Of a stretch of 64,000 bases of DNA, positions 18,333 through 27,598 are shown piece after piece (the stretch's first letter is position 1; every line of letters starts with the position of its first letter). The stretch is from NCBI GenBank assembly GCA_020851115.1, contig JADZDJ010000018.1, forward strand, positions 15,780-79,779. The letters run 5' to 3'. The translations under genes were made by a program, and so were the position numbers. This DNA comes from Pirellulales bacterium. Lineage in GTDB: Bacteria; Planctomycetota; Planctomycetia; Pirellulales; JADZDJ01. A model generated the notes under the pieces. That model worked only from the letters and a program-made list of their open reading frames with translations. It did no database searches and was not told the DNA's origin.

Positions 18333-19346
18333 ATGCTTCAATTTCATCGCACTGCCGGCACTCCGCCGAATTACCTTGCCTGGCGAGAACAGCGAAAACT
18401 GTTGCTGTGGGTACTGTTAATTGGCCTGCCGCCGATCGCCGTGTTGAGAGTGGTCGATCGATGGCGGGCTGCGGAGTTGGATTCGCAGAATCCGGCGGCG
18501 GACGCGGCACCAATCGATCCTCGACTTCCGACGCCGAGCCCGGCGCTGCCGGCGCTTGGCGCATTTACGATCGAGCCGGAGCAGCGCGAAAACAATCAGC
18601 AGAATAATCGCATCGACGACCGCTATTTCCGCGGCGTGATGCCCAACTATCTCGAATCGGTGCGCGACGACACACCGTCGAGGCCGGCCGACCAGGATGC
18701 GTGCTTAAACTTACTGCAGGTGCTGCACCGCGCGACCGACGCGGAATTGAAACAAGCATCGCTGGGATTAGTCACTTACGTCCAGTTATTTCGGCAACCG
18801 GAAGTCTATCGCGGCCGTCTGGTCGATCTTCGCGGCACCGTGCGGCGGGCGCATCCGATCCCGTTGCCGAAGAATCAAAGCGGGCTGACGCAGTATTATC
18901 AGCTATGGCTTTTCACCAAAGACAGTGGAACGAATCCCTTTATTGTCTATGCGCTCGATTTGCCCGCCGGCTTTCCCATCGGCACGAAGCTTCGCGAGCC
19001 GGTCGAACTGACGGGTTTCTTCTTCAAGCGAGTTGCTTACAGCGCCGCGGGCGGCGGTATGACAGCGCCGATGCTGCTGGCAAAGACCGTCGCGTGGAAT
19101 GGCGCCGCGCTTGCGGAAAAGGCCGACGCGAACGAGAAATTGCAGACCCGCATGAAGTGGACACTGGGAATCGCCGTCGTCACAGCCATTGCATTGGTAG
19201 GCGCAATGTGGCAGTTGAACCGCACGATGCGCCGGCCGTTCATCCGCCGCGCGGAAATGTCGGCCGAGGCGGCCAGTGCGCTACAGGATGCCGATTTACC
19301 AACGGTCGAAGACCAACTGCAACGATTAGCGCGCGAACAATCTTGA
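18333..19346 (+). CDS. hypothetical bitopic membrane protein (one copy of an unknown module; paralogue of the next gene)
   Basis: 337 aa, starting 43 nt after the HEAT gene. It has an N-terminal TM ('LLLWVLLIGLPPIAVL') and a C-terminal TM ('WTLGIAVVTAIALVGAMW'). It shares 'LPAGFPIGTKLREPVELTGFFFK' with the next gene. Confidence 0.6.
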   Translation: MLQFHRTAGTPPNYLAWREQRKLLLWVLLIGLPPIAVLRVVDRWRAAELDSQNPAADAAPIDPRLPTPSPALPALGAFTIEPEQRENNQQNNRIDDRYFRGVMPNYLESVRDDTPSRPADQDACLNLLQVLHRATDAELKQASLGLVTYVQLFRQPEVYRGRLVDLRGTVRRAHPIPLPKNQSGLTQYYQLWLFTKDSGTNPFIVYALDLPAGFPIGTKLREPVELTGFFFKRVAYSAAGGGMTAPMLLAKTVAWNGAALAEKADANEKLQTRMKWTLGIAVVTAIALVGAMWQLNRTMRRPFIRRAEMSAEAASALQDADLPTVEDQLQRLAREQS

Positions 19347-19371
19347 GGAATCGAGTGGTAGCCCTCCGGCG

Positions 19372-20916
19372 GTGAGTTTCATGGAACGATGGGCGATCTA
19401 TTTCACGGGGATTGTACTACTATCCGTCGCGTTACTGAGCGCCCGACTGTTTGCACAAGCCGTCGGTGCCGGCGATCTGCAAGGAACGGCTGCTCCGGTG
19501 GAAGCGAATTCGAGTGATCTGGGTCCGATTGAAAGCGCGCGTCAATTATTTACCGCCCTGGGCATGACCGACGATCAATTCGCCAGGTTCAAAACTGGCG
19601 GGTCGCTGTCGCCCGAACTGGCCGAGCCGATTTTGCAGGCGCTACATGCTTTGAGCCAGTTTCCCGCCGCCAAAATTCATCGCTGGACCAAACGCGACGT
19701 GAGCGTAGCTCAATTGGAGGCCGATGGCGATCAGCATCGGGGAGAATTATTTCACGTTGCCGGTCGTTTGGTAGATGTCGGTGTGTTTGAAGTCCCCGAC
19801 CAATTGGCCGAGCGCTTCGAAATCTCTATCGTTCGGCGGTGCGATGTCGCAATCGACGGCGGCGGACGTGCCGTGCTGTTGACGCAGTTCATTCCCAAGG
19901 ATCTGCAGCAAGGGGATGCGATCAGTTTTGACGGAGCATTGCTAGCGGCATATGAATCAACGGATAATCAGCCGCCCGAACTCGTCTTCGCCGCACAGCG
20001 GCTTGCGTGGCATCCGGCAACCGATTTGGGCAAGCTACGGATGGATGTGGGCCTGCTCGACCATGTTGCCCAAAACCGCCCTATTTTCGGCGAAGAAGCC
20101 GCGGGATTTTATCAGTTACTCGCCGCCGTCGGTCGTGCGAGCCTCGACCAATTGCTTGCGGCCACTCGCGGACAGCAGTGGACCGTCATTCCCGCGAAGG
20201 CGGACCAACCGCAGATTGCAGAAACGCTGAGGAAATTGCGAGCCAAGAATCCAAATCTGCGGTACTATTTCGCCCTCGAACCGGAAAAATACGTCGGTAA
20301 TTTAATGGCCTTTGAGGGACAGGTTTATCGCTGCGTGGAAGTCAAAATTCCTAGCCGCGAACTGGCCGCGCGGCTTGGATTTGATCATTACTACGATCTG
20401 CAGGTGTTTATCGATCTGGATTATCAACTGGACTTAGGCCAACTCGACCCAGAAACGAGGGCGAAAGAAATTGCGGCTGGCCGCCGACCCGTTCCGACCG
20501 AGGTGACGACCTTTCCGATCGCGGCCTGCGTGCGCGAACTTCCGCCCGGATTTCCCATGGGCGTACAGCTCAGAGAGCGCGTTCGCGTACCGGGATATTT
20601 TTTCAAGCAGTGGACGTTCCATTCTGCCGCCGCGGAATCGCTCCATCCCCGCCTTCCCGCCCGCAGTCCGCTCATCATTGGCCCCGGCTTCGAGTGGCTT
20701 TCCCGTCCGCGGCACGCTGACTCCAAAGTGCAATTCATCATCGGCGGTGGAATCGCCGCGCTGCTGGCGCTGTTGTGTTTAGTGCTGTGGGTAACGAGCC
20801 GACGCGATCGGAAGTTTCGCGAACAATATTTAATGAAAAACCAAGCAGCGATTCCTGGGGATCCGTTCAACGAATCGACAATCAAGCCGGCCGCTGACGG
20901 TCGATTGTCGAGTTAG
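19372..20916 (+). CDS. hypothetical bitopic membrane protein (two copies of the same unknown module)
   Basis: 514 aa with a GTG start at 19372 (or ATG at 19381), 25 nt after the previous stop. It has a signal/TM ('IVLLSVALLSARLFAQA') and a C-terminal TM ('FIIGGGIAALLALLCLVLWV'). Motif: 'LPPGFPMGVQLRERVRVPGYFFK'. Confidence 0.6.
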   Translation: MSFMERWAIYFTGIVLLSVALLSARLFAQAVGAGDLQGTAAPVEANSSDLGPIESARQLFTALGMTDDQFARFKTGGSLSPELAEPILQALHALSQFPAAKIHRWTKRDVSVAQLEADGDQHRGELFHVAGRLVDVGVFEVPDQLAERFEISIVRRCDVAIDGGGRAVLLTQFIPKDLQQGDAISFDGALLAAYESTDNQPPELVFAAQRLAWHPATDLGKLRMDVGLLDHVAQNRPIFGEEAAGFYQLLAAVGRASLDQLLAATRGQQWTVIPAKADQPQIAETLRKLRAKNPNLRYYFALEPEKYVGNLMAFEGQVYRCVEVKIPSRELAARLGFDHYYDLQVFIDLDYQLDLGQLDPETRAKEIAAGRRPVPTEVTTFPIAACVRELPPGFPMGVQLRERVRVPGYFFKQWTFHSAAAESLHPRLPARSPLIIGPGFEWLSRPRHADSKVQFIIGGGIAALLALLCLVLWVTSRRDRKFREQYLMKNQAAIPGDPFNESTIKPAADGRLSS

Positions 20917-21072
20917 TGTTTCAGGGCGGTCAAGAACTGAGCCGCGGATGCTCGATGACTTTGTCGCGCACGGCTTTGTTATCCGCTTGCAAGAATTGCT
21001 TTAGCTCCCAGCCGCGATCCGGATCAGATTGACTGACGAGGGAGCATCGTGCGGCTGGAGTGCAGCTTTCCG

Positions 21073-22065
21073 TTACTGCCTGCCGCCTGCCGCCTGCCGG
21101 ATCGGAAACCCTAGCCGCTTATCAACTAAATTCCTGAGCGGCTGACCCGATTGATACCGCCGCAAATTGTCGCAAAAAAAGTCGGTCATGTTGTCGATCC
21201 GCCATCGGCTTTGGCCGGCGACGTGCGGCGTGATAATCACGTTCGGCAGATCCCAGAGCTTGCTGGTTGGCGGCAGCGGTTCTTCGGCGGCCACATCGAG
21301 AATCGCGCCGAAGAGATGGCCCGATTCGAGGGCGTCAACGAGGTCCGCTTCGACGACCAACTTGCCGCGAGCCATGTTGGCGAGCACGGCACCGGGTTTG
21401 AGTTTTCGCAAAACACTCGCGTCGATCATCCACCGAGTCTGGTCGGTGAGCGGCGCGGACAGAATGAGAACGTCGATCTGCTCCAACATTTCATCGAGCT
21501 GAATCGCTGGAAGCAGTTCCGCGACATAGGGTGGCTTGTCGATGGGAAAGACGTCGGTTGCGAGAATTCGAGTTTTGAAGACCGAGAGAATTTCGGCGAC
21601 ACGTCGGCCTACACCCCCGAGGCCGATGATGCCGACCGTGCTGTGATGCAAGTCTCGCGTCGGACGGCGGATGTATTCTTTTTTCTGCTGTGCTCGAAAA
21701 AACACCGGCAGGCTGCGCAGCAGTCCGGTTAGCATCGCGACCGTATGTTCCGCGACCTGGTCCGCCAGCACTCCCGAGGCGCTCGTGACGACGATCGGCG
21801 AATCGACGACGCACGGCAACAGGAAATGATCGAGGCCCGCGGCGGACGACTGGATCCATTGGAGCCGTCCCGCCTTGACAATCCCCTCCCAATCGACGGG
21901 AACTTTTGGGTGGCCGCAGAAAATATCGCAGTGAAAAAGTTCCGTCGCGACATACTCCTGTCCGGCGTCGTGAACTTCCGCCGCAGGCATGGCGGCCCGG
22001 ATTTGGGCGAGGTGCTGAGTCTCGACGGGGTAGCAGAGGACGATGCGCATGGGGCAGGGAAGCAA
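21073..22065 (-). CDS. D-isomer-specific 2-hydroxyacid dehydrogenase family protein
   Basis: 330 aa with NAD-binding 'GIIGLGGVGRRVA' and catalytic-region 'MARGKLV..DALESGHL.GAILDV' and 'ITPHVAG'. The start may be the ATG at 22050. Confidence 0.85.
   Translation of the reverse strand: MLPCPMRIVLCYPVETQHLAQIRAAMPAAEVHDAGQEYVATELFHCDIFCGHPKVPVDWEGIVKAGRLQWIQSSAAGLDHFLLPCVVDSPIVVTSASGVLADQVAEHTVAMLTGLLRSLPVFFRAQQKKEYIRRPTRDLHHSTVGIIGLGGVGRRVAEILSVFKTRILATDVFPIDKPPYVAELLPAIQLDEMLEQIDVLILSAPLTDQTRWMIDASVLRKLKPGAVLANMARGKLVVEADLVDALESGHLFGAILDVAAEEPLPPTSKLWDLPNVIITPHVAGQSRWRIDNMTDFFCDNLRRYQSGQPLRNLVDKRLGFPIRQAAGGRQ
21076..21100. repeat. heptanucleotide array CTGCCTG CCGCCTG CCGCCTG forming the 3' end of the dehydrogenase CDS
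   Basis: Read directly. It encodes the C-terminal tail ..RQAAGGRQ*. The 15-mer CCGCCTGCCGCCTGC recurs at 37146-37160 inside polX. Confidence 0.65.
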
Positions 22066-22318
22066 AGGGCGATGGCTTGTGGAGCAATGCTTAAGCCGCG
22101 GATTACACGGATCAGGCTATGGAGCGAGGGTCGCCAAGAGCGGATCGTGAAATTTCCGCGTAACTCCGCGCGATCCGCGATTTCACTGTCGCAATCTTAA
22201 GTTCAATCTCCCAATTCTAAAATGCCTCAGTGCTGGTTGACGGCGGGATTTCCGGCTACAATGAAACTGGTTTGAAAAGGCGATCCTACCTGACATTTGG
22301 CGGCTCTCGGCCTCCTTC

Positions 22319-23464
22319 TTGTCGCAAAAAGTTCGATTGAGGGAAGTTGGACGGCATCTTGGCCGGGGAGAGGAAATCCTGAATTCGCGACCGTATACGA
22401 TCGGTTTCTTGACCGTGCTGGCGATGGTGGCGCTGCGCATTGTCGTTGGCTGGCACTTTTTCCAAGAAGGCCTCAACCACCAGCGCGATCCGAAGTGGTC
22501 TAGCGAGGGGTTTTTGCGTGCGGCCAAAGGGCCGCTTGCGGAGTTTTATCACGCCAAGGCCCCAGGGCCACACGGCTACTATCGGACGCTGCTGACGCCG
22601 ATGAACGTCGCCGAGGCAGACGATGCGCTGGACCGGCTCCAGACCGAGGAGCGAAAAGCGGCTGCAGCGGAAAATGCTGACAAGGCAAGCGACGACAAGA
22701 GTAGCCGCGCCGTCGCAAAGGCTGCCCAGTCGCCGATTTATGGCAAGTGGTTCGAGGCGATTTTACATGATTTGGGATCCCGGCGCGATCAAATTGCGAA
22801 CCACTTCGGTTTTTCTGACGAACAGAAGAGGCAACTCGATCTGTTGCTAAGCAATTACGACAAGAAGCTGATCGTCCTCCTGGAAGGGGATAGGTCGCAC
22901 CGCGGCTTTGCCGACGACATCAAGCGCTATCGGCACGAATTGTGGCGTAATCAGCAAATGCAACAGGCATCAGGGGCCGATCAGATTCCCAACATGCAAA
23001 CACGCAATGCGAAGCGTGCGGGTAGCCCGGCGGGAGAACTGCCGCCTGAGCAAATTGAATCGACGCCTGCTGATTGGTTGGGCGAAGTCCATGCGCTCGG
23101 CGAAGCATTCGACATGGAAGCGCTTGCCCTGCGGACGGATGAACAAATCAAGCTCGATGCATTGCCTGCGCCAATGACGGAATTGAAGCGAATGGACACA
23201 GCGGTGATCTGGTTGCTGTTGATCGGTGGTGGATGTTTGGTCGCAGGATTGTTTACGCGTCTGTCGGCAATTGCGTTGGCGCTGTTTTTAGCTTCGGTCG
23301 TGCTATCGCAGCCGTTTTGGGCGGCCGACGCCGTGAAAACAACCTACTTCGAGTGGGTCGAACTGGTTGCCTTGCTCGTGCTGGCCACATCGCGCGTGGG
23401 CCGTTGGGCAGGTTTGGACTTTTTTATTCACCATGTTGTGTTGCGGCCATTTCGTTCGGCATGA
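22319..23464 (+). CDS. DoxX-like membrane protein with a large hydrophilic insertion
   Basis: 381 aa with a TTG start. The N-terminal TM 'LAMVALRIVVGWHFFQEG' and C-terminal TMs ('LFTRLSAIALALFLASVVL', 'WVELVALLVLATSRVGRWAGLD') resemble DoxX. About 230 hydrophilic residues lie between them. Confidence 0.5.
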   Translation: MSQKVRLREVGRHLGRGEEILNSRPYTIGFLTVLAMVALRIVVGWHFFQEGLNHQRDPKWSSEGFLRAAKGPLAEFYHAKAPGPHGYYRTLLTPMNVAEADDALDRLQTEERKAAAAENADKASDDKSSRAVAKAAQSPIYGKWFEAILHDLGSRRDQIANHFGFSDEQKRQLDLLLSNYDKKLIVLLEGDRSHRGFADDIKRYRHELWRNQQMQQASGADQIPNMQTRNAKRAGSPAGELPPEQIESTPADWLGEVHALGEAFDMEALALRTDEQIKLDALPAPMTELKRMDTAVIWLLLIGGGCLVAGLFTRLSAIALALFLASVVLSQPFWAADAVKTTYFEWVELVALLVLATSRVGRWAGLDFFIHHVVLRPFRSA

Positions 23465-23582
23465 AGCCACTGGGTAGGAAGCGATCGTTTCGCCGAACGA
23501 TCTGTCGCATTGATACGCTGTGGGAGCAGGCATTCCCTCCTGCAAGCAAGATACAGACGATTGATCATACGAGACCATTGTC

Positions 23583-25277
23583 ATGAACAACCTATCCCCT
23601 GAAGAAAAGCAGATCGGCAAAGAAAACTTTCAAGCAGCCATTGGCAGCGAGTTGACGCGGCGCGAATTTTTGCTGGGCACTGGCGCAGCGATTGCCGTGT
23701 CTGGCGCCGGTCTGGGCGGTATGTACTTCAAGTACACCAAGGTCGACAAGCCGGTGCGGATCGGCTTTATTGGGACGGGGGATGAAGGAGGGGTGCTGAT
23801 TGGCGCGCTGAACCCGTCGTTTGTCGAGGTGGCCGCGATTGCCGATATTCGACCCTATAATGTGCATCGTGCATTCCACGGCGATTGGTCGAGCGATAAT
23901 GCCATGAAGGTTCGCACCGGATTGATGGCCAAGTATGGATGGAAGTCGGAGGATGAAGCTCGGAAGAAGGTGCCAGTTTACGGAAGTTACGAAGATCTGA
24001 TTAAGGATCAGGACAAACTGGGAATTGAAGCAGTGATTATCGCGCTGCCGCTGCACTTACATGCTCCGGCAGCGATCTTGGCGATGAACAGCGGCCTGCA
24101 TGTGCTGACCGAAAAATTGATGGGGCACAGCGTCGCCGAATGTAAAGACATGGGCCGCGTCGCCAAAAAAACAGGCAAGCTGCTGGCCACCGGCCATCAG
24201 CGCCACTACAGCATTCTGTACGACAACGCCGTCGATTGCATTCGACAAGGATTGATTGGCGACATTCATCACATCCGCGCGCAGTGGCACAGGAAAGCCG
24301 ATACGTGGTCGCCGCCGTTGCCGAGCGACAAAAAGCTCGCCGATCAACTGAAGCGCGCGGAAGCCGATTTGAAGAAGGTTGCTAAAGCTGCGGAGATCGT
24401 CAAGCTTCAGCACAAAATCGCGCAATTGAAAGCCCAAATGGCCGATATCAGCGAAACCGCAGCAAAGAACTTCGGCTACCAATCGAAGCAGACTGCATGG
24501 GGTTATGAATATAGCCCGCTTGAAGAGCTAATTCGTTGGCGTTTATGGCAACGCACCGGCGGGGGCCTGATGGCGGAGTTGGGCAGTCATCAGCTCGACG
24601 CATCCGGCATTTTCATCAGTGCCATGGGCGAACCTGGCAAGAAAGCGCTGCCGTTGTCGGTAACGGCGGTGGGCGGCCGACACCTGCTCGACAATCAGCG
24701 CGAATGCGAAGACCATGTTTATTGCATGTTCGAATTTCCGCGCCCAGGCTATTTCAAAGAAGGCAGCAAGACCGAAGTGGCCGATGCGACCAAAAAGGTA
24801 GTTGTCACTTATTCCTCCATCAACGGCAACGGTTACGGCGATTACGGCGAAGTCGTCATGGGAGACGAGGGCACGCTCGTGCTACTGAAAGAGCAAGATG
24901 TGATGCTCTATAAAGACGCCGAAACAAAAACCAGCGTCGGCGTCGTGGCGGGAAAAGATGGCAAGCCGGTTCTCGACACGACCGAAAGCGGCAGTGCCGT
25001 GGCCGTCGGCAAGATGGCGGTCGAAAGCGGTCCCGTCAGTCGAGGGTACACCGAGGAGATCGAGCATTGGGCGTGGTGCATTCGCAACCCATCGGAGGAG
25101 AATCAACCGAAGTGCAAGCCCTCGGTTGCCTTGGGCGACGCCGTCATTGCGCTCACCTCGAATGTTGCCTTGAGTGATCCGGAGAAGCGCGCACGAATCG
25201 ATTTCAAACCCGAATGGTTTGACATCGCCAGCGACGAAACACCGGACGGCTCCAAGCCGACCATCGAGATGAGCTAA
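23583..25277 (+). CDS. Gfo/Idh/MocA family oxidoreductase with Tat signal
   Basis: 564 aa with 'RREFLLGTGAAIAVSGAGLGG' (Tat-like) and the Rossmann start 'VRIGFIGTGDEGG'. 'LPLHLHAP..AMNSGLHVLTEKLM' is typical of the family. Confidence 0.85.
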   Translation: MNNLSPEEKQIGKENFQAAIGSELTRREFLLGTGAAIAVSGAGLGGMYFKYTKVDKPVRIGFIGTGDEGGVLIGALNPSFVEVAAIADIRPYNVHRAFHGDWSSDNAMKVRTGLMAKYGWKSEDEARKKVPVYGSYEDLIKDQDKLGIEAVIIALPLHLHAPAAILAMNSGLHVLTEKLMGHSVAECKDMGRVAKKTGKLLATGHQRHYSILYDNAVDCIRQGLIGDIHHIRAQWHRKADTWSPPLPSDKKLADQLKRAEADLKKVAKAAEIVKLQHKIAQLKAQMADISETAAKNFGYQSKQTAWGYEYSPLEELIRWRLWQRTGGGLMAELGSHQLDASGIFISAMGEPGKKALPLSVTAVGGRHLLDNQRECEDHVYCMFEFPRPGYFKEGSKTEVADATKKVVVTYSSINGNGYGDYGEVVMGDEGTLVLLKEQDVMLYKDAETKTSVGVVAGKDGKPVLDTTESGSAVAVGKMAVESGPVSRGYTEEIEHWAWCIRNPSEENQPKCKPSVALGDAVIALTSNVALSDPEKRARIDFKPEWFDIASDETPDGSKPTIEMS

Positions 25278-25438
25278 GGAAGAAATTGGAAGGCGGGATT
25301 CTGCAATATAGCGTTCGCGGCGTAATTCGCGGGTTGCCAGTGTTGGCGCTTCGCGCTAAACTGGCGATCTTGATCTGAGCAATAGTCGGCAGATGTTTTT
25401 CGTCTTCCGCCTTTCCCTCTCGACGATGAGGAACTGCG

Positions 25439-26284
25439 ATGGAAACTTGGCCGATCGGCGTGTTTACCAGCATCGATGCCGGCCTTGGTGTCAAGCTGGA
25501 AGTTGCCAACGCGTTGAAAATTCCGACGATTCAGTTGCACGCGCCGCATCAGAGCACTCGCACGCCGCAAAATGCGCAGAAGTTCTTGGAGCGGCTCAGC
25601 GATTTGAATATCGCGCTCACGTGCGTATTCGGCGGTTTCGAGGGGGAGAGTTATGCCGATATCCCCACGGTCGAACGTAGCGTCGGTTTGGTTCCACCAG
25701 CAACTCGTGCGGCGCGACTGGTGGAGATGAAAGAGATCGCCGACTTCGCGCGACGCCTTGGGTGCAGCGTCGTCGCGCTCCATTTGGGATTTGTGCCGCA
25801 CGATGCGAGCGACCCGCGGTTCAAAGAGGTCATTCACCTCACGCGCGATCTGTGCGACCACTGCCGCGGCAATTCGCAATCGGTGCATTTAGAAACAGGT
25901 CAAGAACCGGCCGATGCGCTGCTGCGATTTCTGAATGCCGTCGATCGCAACAATTTATTCATCAATTTTGATCCCGCCAATATGATCCTTTACGGGTGTG
26001 GCGAGCCAATCGCGGCACTCAAACTGCTGGGACAGTACGTCCGGAGCGTTCACTGCAAAGACGCCAAGTGGGCCGCCAACCCTGGTCAAGAATGGGGCCG
26101 CGAAGTTCCGCTGGGCGAGGGAGATGTCGGCATGGAGAACTATCTGAGAACGCTCAAAGAAATCGGCTACGCGGGGCCGCTGACCATCGAACGTGAGATT
26201 CCCCAAGAGCCGGAGCGGCAACAGGCGGAAATCGGGCGTGCCGTGAAGCTGCTTACGGAGCTGAAAACGAGAATCCTCGGCTAG
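25439..26284 (+). CDS. sugar phosphate isomerase/epimerase (xylose isomerase-like TIM barrel)
   Basis: 281 aa with family-like motifs: 'VVALHLGFVP', 'VHLETGQEP', 'INFDPANMILYG', 'HCKDA', 'LTIEREI'. Confidence 0.8.
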   Translation: METWPIGVFTSIDAGLGVKLEVANALKIPTIQLHAPHQSTRTPQNAQKFLERLSDLNIALTCVFGGFEGESYADIPTVERSVGLVPPATRAARLVEMKEIADFARRLGCSVVALHLGFVPHDASDPRFKEVIHLTRDLCDHCRGNSQSVHLETGQEPADALLRFLNAVDRNNLFINFDPANMILYGCGEPIAALKLLGQYVRSVHCKDAKWAANPGQEWGREVPLGEGDVGMENYLRTLKEIGYAGPLTIEREIPQEPERQQAEIGRAVKLLTELKTRILG

Positions 26285-26355
26285 TCCATCCCCTGCTGGC
26301 AAGGAAAAAATAAGCCGAGATTCAGCGAAAATTCGCAAATCAGACAATTGCTATC

Positions 26356-26393
26356 TGACGCCGATATGCTGTAATCTCTGCTGATCGGCGTCA
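26356..26393. repeat. 10-bp perfect inverted repeat (TGACGCCGAT / ATCGGCGTCA) with 18-nt spacer
   Basis: Read directly. It lies 50 nt upstream of the epimerase start and ~70 nt after the preceding stop. It could be an operator or a terminator. Confidence 0.7.
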
Positions 26394-26442
26394 ACTGTGA
26401 AATCCGCCGATGAGCCGTTCGGAATATGCCAATTTTTAAGAC

Positions 26443-27384
26443 ATGCGAAAAGTCCTAGTTACCGGTGGTGCTGGTTTTGTTGGTTCACATATCGTCGATG
26501 CCTTGCTCGCTCGCGGCGACCAAGTACGCGTGCTCGACAACCTCTCGACGGGCCAACTCGAAAACATCGGCCACGTGCGAGACAAAATTGACTTCATTGA
26601 AGCCGATCTGACGGACGCTCAAACGGTCGCCCGTGCCGTCAACGGCGTCGATTGCATCTTCCATCAAGCCGCGCTTGCTTCCGTGCCGCGGAGCATGGAG
26701 CGACCGCTCGATACGCACGCCGCGTGCGTGACAGGGACACTGGTGCTGCTCGAAGCGGCGCGCAAAGCGCGGGTGCGGCGCTTGGTTTACGCGGCGTCCA
26801 GCAGTGCTTACGGCGACCAGCCCAAGCCGGCCAAGAGCGAAAGCGATCTGCCGCTGCCAATTTCACCCTACGGCGCGGCCAAGTTGGCGGCCGAGTATTA
26901 TTGCCGCGCCTTCGCGGCGATGGGCGCGGTCGAAACAGTTTCACTTCGATACTTTAACGTCTTCGGCCCGCGCCAGAATCCAAGTGGTGAGTATTCAGCC
27001 GTCATTCCCAAATTCATCACGCTGCTGCTGAAGGGCAAACCGCCGGTGATTTATGGCGACGGATCCCAATCGCGCGACTTCACCTTCGTCGCAAATGTGG
27101 TCGAAGCAAACCTGTTGGCGGCCGAAGCGCCCGAGGTTTCCGGCAAAGTCTTCAACGTCGCGATGGGGGACCAAGTCGGGCTGGCTCAATTGGTCGAATT
27201 GCTCAATAAGCTGCTGGGGACCAAAGTCAAGCCCAAGCATGAAGCTCAACGGCCGGGAGACATCAAAGATAGCCGCGCTGATATTTCGCAGGCGCGCAAG
27301 TGGCTGAAGTACGACCCGCAGGTCTGCTTTGAAGAAGGCTTGCGGCGGTCGATTGACTATTACCGCTCGGCTGCTGGCAAATGA
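26443..27384 (+). CDS. NAD-dependent nucleotide-sugar epimerase/dehydratase (WbpP/TviC-like SDR)
   Basis: 313 aa with 'VLVTGGAGFVGSH', 'YAASSSAYGD', 'SPYGAAKLAAEYY' (YxxxK) and 'RYFNVFGPRQ'. Confidence 0.9.
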   Translation: MRKVLVTGGAGFVGSHIVDALLARGDQVRVLDNLSTGQLENIGHVRDKIDFIEADLTDAQTVARAVNGVDCIFHQAALASVPRSMERPLDTHAACVTGTLVLLEAARKARVRRLVYAASSSAYGDQPKPAKSESDLPLPISPYGAAKLAAEYYCRAFAAMGAVETVSLRYFNVFGPRQNPSGEYSAVIPKFITLLLKGKPPVIYGDGSQSRDFTFVANVVEANLLAAEAPEVSGKVFNVAMGDQVGLAQLVELLNKLLGTKVKPKHEAQRPGDIKDSRADISQARKWLKYDPQVCFEEGLRRSIDYYRSAAGK

Positions 27385-27598
27385 GCGTGTGAACAGAACG
27401 TGATTCCAGCGTTCATCCGGAGTCGAAAATTTCACTGCGCTCAGGGTAGACCGTTTGGCAATTCAGAGCGGCTTTTCCATCGAATCGACGCCGGCAAAAC
27501 CTTCGATGCTCTATCGGCCGACCTAGAAGCATATAGAAGTTTCTATCGGTTCCTCGGGCTGAACGTAACCAGGTTCGTCGTGCAATTTTGCACCCCTG

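Noticed and set aside
22236-22261. TTGACG...TACAAT promoter-like pair upstream of the DoxX-like gene.
   Set aside because: The spacer is only about 14 nt, too short for a standard sigma70 promoter, so I did not report it as a feature.
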